This document shows positions 61,446-64,000 of a stretch of 64,000 nucleotides of DNA, in pieces. The position numbers and the translations under genes were made by a program. The notes below the pieces were generated by a model. It had not been told where the DNA came from. It made no database searches and saw nothing but the letters and a program-made list of their open reading frames with translations. Source of the DNA: Fibrobacteria bacterium (GTDB taxonomy: Bacteria > Fibrobacterota > Fibrobacteria > UBA11236); the NCBI GenBank assembly GCA_043745805.1, contig JAYTSD010000043.1, forward strand, positions 32,001-96,000, read 5' to 3'. Within the stretch, counting starts at the first letter, position 1; each line of letters opens with the position of its first letter.

Positions 61446-62090
61446 TTAAGCAAACTGCACAAAGCTTAGTACTTGCCCATGCACCATTTCTAAAGACTTA
61501 ATGGCTTTGTCCATGGCCAAATCTTTTTCTTGAAAACGCTTACGCAAACTAGCACAGATCACTTCTTTTAAAACTTCACAATCGTATAAAGCCCGATGCA
61601 ATTCGGCGCTATTCAAAGTGAGTTGCATTTGATCACTTAATTTTTTGGCTAAGTCACCCAATTTATGCGAAGAGTATTCGGGAAAAATTTTTCGCACTAC
61701 TTTTAAACTGTCGATAATAGGATTCTGTGGCATCACCATGCCGTGTTTACGAATAGCCTTACCCAAGAAGGCTGCATCAAAAGATGCATTATGGGCCACG
61801 AGCACAGTACTTAATCCACAAAAGCGCAGGAATTGGGCTATCACTAATTTTAACTCAGGAGCATCTTCTACCATTTTATTAGTAATATGATTAATCCGTG
61901 TAGCTTCTTCAGGAATAAATTTACTAGGCTTTACAAAGCTGGAATATTGCCCCAAAACTTTAGGTTGTAATTTCCCATCTTTTTTTTCCAAAGTGAATTT
62001 GACACCTGCGACTTCGATAATTTCTTCTTTTTCAGCATCGAGTCCGGTAGTTTCCAAATCGAAGGCAACAAAGGTAACAAAAGGGATCAA
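61446..62090 (-). CDS. DEDDh 3'-5' exonuclease (DnaQ-like)
   Basis: AFDLETTGL, VAHNASFD, HRALYD. Confidence 0.92.
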   Translation of the reverse strand: MIPFVTFVAFDLETTGLDAEKEEIIEVAGVKFTLEKKDGKLQPKVLGQYSSFVKPSKFIPEEATRINHITNKMVEDAPELKLVIAQFLRFCGLSTVLVAHNASFDAAFLGKAIRKHGMVMPQNPIIDSLKVVRKIFPEYSSHKLGDLAKKLSDQMQLTLNSAELHRALYDCEVLKEVICASLRKRFQEKDLAMDKAIKSLEMVHGQVLSFVQFA

Positions 62091-62338
62091 AGCTTACTCC
62101 TGTAATTTTCTCAGGAGGGAATATAGCAAGGATGAGGAGTGTGTTGGGGGTGAAAATGAGTAAAATGAAGCTACTAAATTTGCTAAAATTTAAGGGTAAG
62201 TTCTTTCGTCTTTCCAATTGGAATGCTTTTATTGCATTGGAGTCTAATAATGATACCGCTTATAAAATATCTATTATTTAGGAACCAAATATTTTGCGGA
62301 ATCGTCAAAACCAAAATACACTTACCGAGAAAGCCCTT

Positions 62339-63265
62339 ATGTCCAAAACCCTAAGATTTATCATACCCACCGTCGTTTTAATGATCGGACTTTTGTTTTC
62401 AGCCTGCTTATTCAGCAATGATAATAATGGTAGCACTTCAACATTTGTTCTGAAATCTTCTGTAAATTACACAGCGAATGATAGTTTGCTAATCTATGCG
62501 CACAAAGATTCGATTTATAAATCATTTTATTGCGATGCTGGGGGCTTAGTTACCACATACGATACTGCCAAGGCTAGCAAGGATACTATACAATATTCCG
62601 TATCGGGAAATGTTTTTACAATTTATAGTGTGAATGTATTCCAAGACAGTGTGCACGCGATGTTTAAAGTAAAAAGAAATTTTAATTATGCGCGGCAGGG
62701 TTTAGGAAACGGATTGATCGGTTCTTGGCGTCCAGCTTCCTCGAATTATGAAGTTATTGGCGGAACTCTTTCTCCAAGTCAAAAAAAAGAATTAGATCGC
62801 AGTGTGCATGAAGATAGTATGGACATTGCTCCTAATAGTTATCTTATTACCATAACTTCTACTACGCTTGAGTTCTATGTTGATTCGAATCGTAGTAGTT
62901 TTGCAGATAATTTTATTGATGATTGGAATAATGCTGGGAATTCTGGGCTTTTGAATACCGATAGTGCCCGTTATGATATTTCCTTAGTAAAAGTAAACAA
63001 CTCTACAGTGAAACTTACGGGAAATAAAAGCCATGAAGTCGTCACCATCTCGGGAAATATTGATGGAGATAGGACATTTACAAGCAATAACACTGCTCAT
63101 ACCATCCATGTTCATTATGATATTCCTAAATCTTGTCCCAATGATGATGTGCCGGATTGGTATACCAGTTTTTTGTTAGCCAATGCTAAAATTACGATAT
63201 TTGAGAAATTAAGTGCCCAATCTATTTCCAGCACAAAACAGTTTCGAAAACCTTGGGGCTTTTAA
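62339..63265 (+). CDS. Hypothetical lipoprotein
   Basis: ATG 62339 followed by a hydrophobic segment and lipobox FSAC; Ser/Thr/Asn-rich beta-type sequence. Confidence 0.7.
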   Translation: MSKTLRFIIPTVVLMIGLLFSACLFSNDNNGSTSTFVLKSSVNYTANDSLLIYAHKDSIYKSFYCDAGGLVTTYDTAKASKDTIQYSVSGNVFTIYSVNVFQDSVHAMFKVKRNFNYARQGLGNGLIGSWRPASSNYEVIGGTLSPSQKKELDRSVHEDSMDIAPNSYLITITSTTLEFYVDSNRSSFADNFIDDWNNAGNSGLLNTDSARYDISLVKVNNSTVKLTGNKSHEVVTISGNIDGDRTFTSNNTAHTIHVHYDIPKSCPNDDVPDWYTSFLLANAKITIFEKLSAQSISSTKQFRKPWGF

Positions 63266-63299
63266 AACGCTTCCGAGTATAGGCAGTAGTAAAGAACCT

Positions 63300-63330
63300 A
63301 ATCTCTAAGTATTACTATTACTTAGAGATT
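63300..63330. terminator. AT-rich hairpin after the lipoprotein gene
   Basis: AATCTCTAAGTA-N7-TACTTAGAGATT, 12-bp perfect arms, weak U tail. Confidence 0.55.
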
Positions 63331-63862
63331 GTTCAGCTTTATCCTGTTAATCTTATAACCCTGAAAATCCTGATTTGGACAGTTGAGAGGGTGGACGATG
63401 ACCCCGCAGCTAATTGTTAGAAATGTTGCGAGGAGGCCAGAGGAAAATGGCGCCTGAGAATTAAAAATCAGGTAGAAAAAAAAATCCGATATTTGCTTTA
63501 GGAAAAATTGATTTGGATGTTAAAAAGTTGGTGCATTTTTTATCCCTTCTTCCCACAAACCCAACACTAGGGTCACAAGTGAAGTGATCGTTCGCATCGA
63601 AAAGAGAGTCGAATAGATCACATCATGGGGAGGGCATAAAAAAAATGTTTTTATTTTCGCAGTAACAATCGCAACATCGTCTACAGTTTTTAATTAAAGT
63701 ATTATCGACTCCTGATACAATTCATATTGCTCCCTTGCTATTTCGGTCACTGAAAGGGAATCCTAACACAATTTGCACAAGATCCACATCAACCTGTAAT
63801 ATCCGGAAATGATATTTCCCTTCGTGCTAGGAAATTAATCCGATGCACTCTAAGGAGAAAGA

Positions 63863-64000
63863 ATGAAAACTTCCAAACTACTCGCTTGCGGGATACTAGC
63901 AGCCGCTGCTGCTGGTGCCTTCGCAGCGAAGCCTATCAAAATTATTAACCAGGCCAGCTTCCCCTGTCCAACCCCTTCCACAACGCTTAGTCGCGACACC
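63863..64000 (+). CDS. 5' end of a secreted protein (partial)
   Basis: AAGGAG RBS, ATG 63863, MKTSKLLACGILAAAAAGAFA signal peptide, open to the window end. Not in the ORF track. Confidence 0.8.
   Translation, partial: MKTSKLLACGILAAAAAGAFAAKPIKIINQASFPCPTPSTTLSRDT

Noticed and set aside
63355..63420. Cobalamin riboswitch (TGAAAATCC...CCCCGCAGCT fragments)
   Set aside because: Core elements are not in the right order or spacing, and there is no preceding AGGGAA or B12 box.

Overview
Gene-dense, AT-rich chromosomal window from a diderm bacterium. An FCB-group or Fibrobacterota-like host is an inference from the T9SS-like C-terminal domain and the TonB/TPR cluster, and is not proven. In order: two convergent polysaccharide gene sets (export protein, GT4, FkbM, GT2 on +; wzz, wzy/waaL-like, wzx on -); a six-gene TonB2/Ttp-like energising cluster with bfd; a ~14.5 kb nitrogen island (amtB, urtABCDE, ureD-ureAB-ureC-ureF-ureG, porin, PII); small accessory genes; gltX; an islet at the 3' end of tRNA-Ser (fic and a 5'-decayed Asp-box propeller gene); PBP1A-nadC-coaX-uxs; bioDF-hydrolase-bioC; tRNA-Val; thrS-infC-rpmI-rplT; pheST-zapB-zapA-6S RNA-folD; ispA-dxs-trmH-rhomboid; a DnaQ-like exonuclease; secreted proteins. 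Main findings: (1) a two-chain urease cluster that lacks ureE and whose UreAB, UreD and His-rich UreG look plant/fungal-type; (2) sigma54 promoters in front of the nitrogen operons, with a shared non-NtrC operator TGACAA-N10-TTGTCA; (3) a porin co-located with PII; (4) an apparently leaderless fic gene with a perfect 28-bp palindrome over its -35; (5) a Zn-ribbon/SH3-like/BON protein. No CRISPR array, IS element or integrase was seen. All family assignments come from reading motifs by eye; no searches were run.
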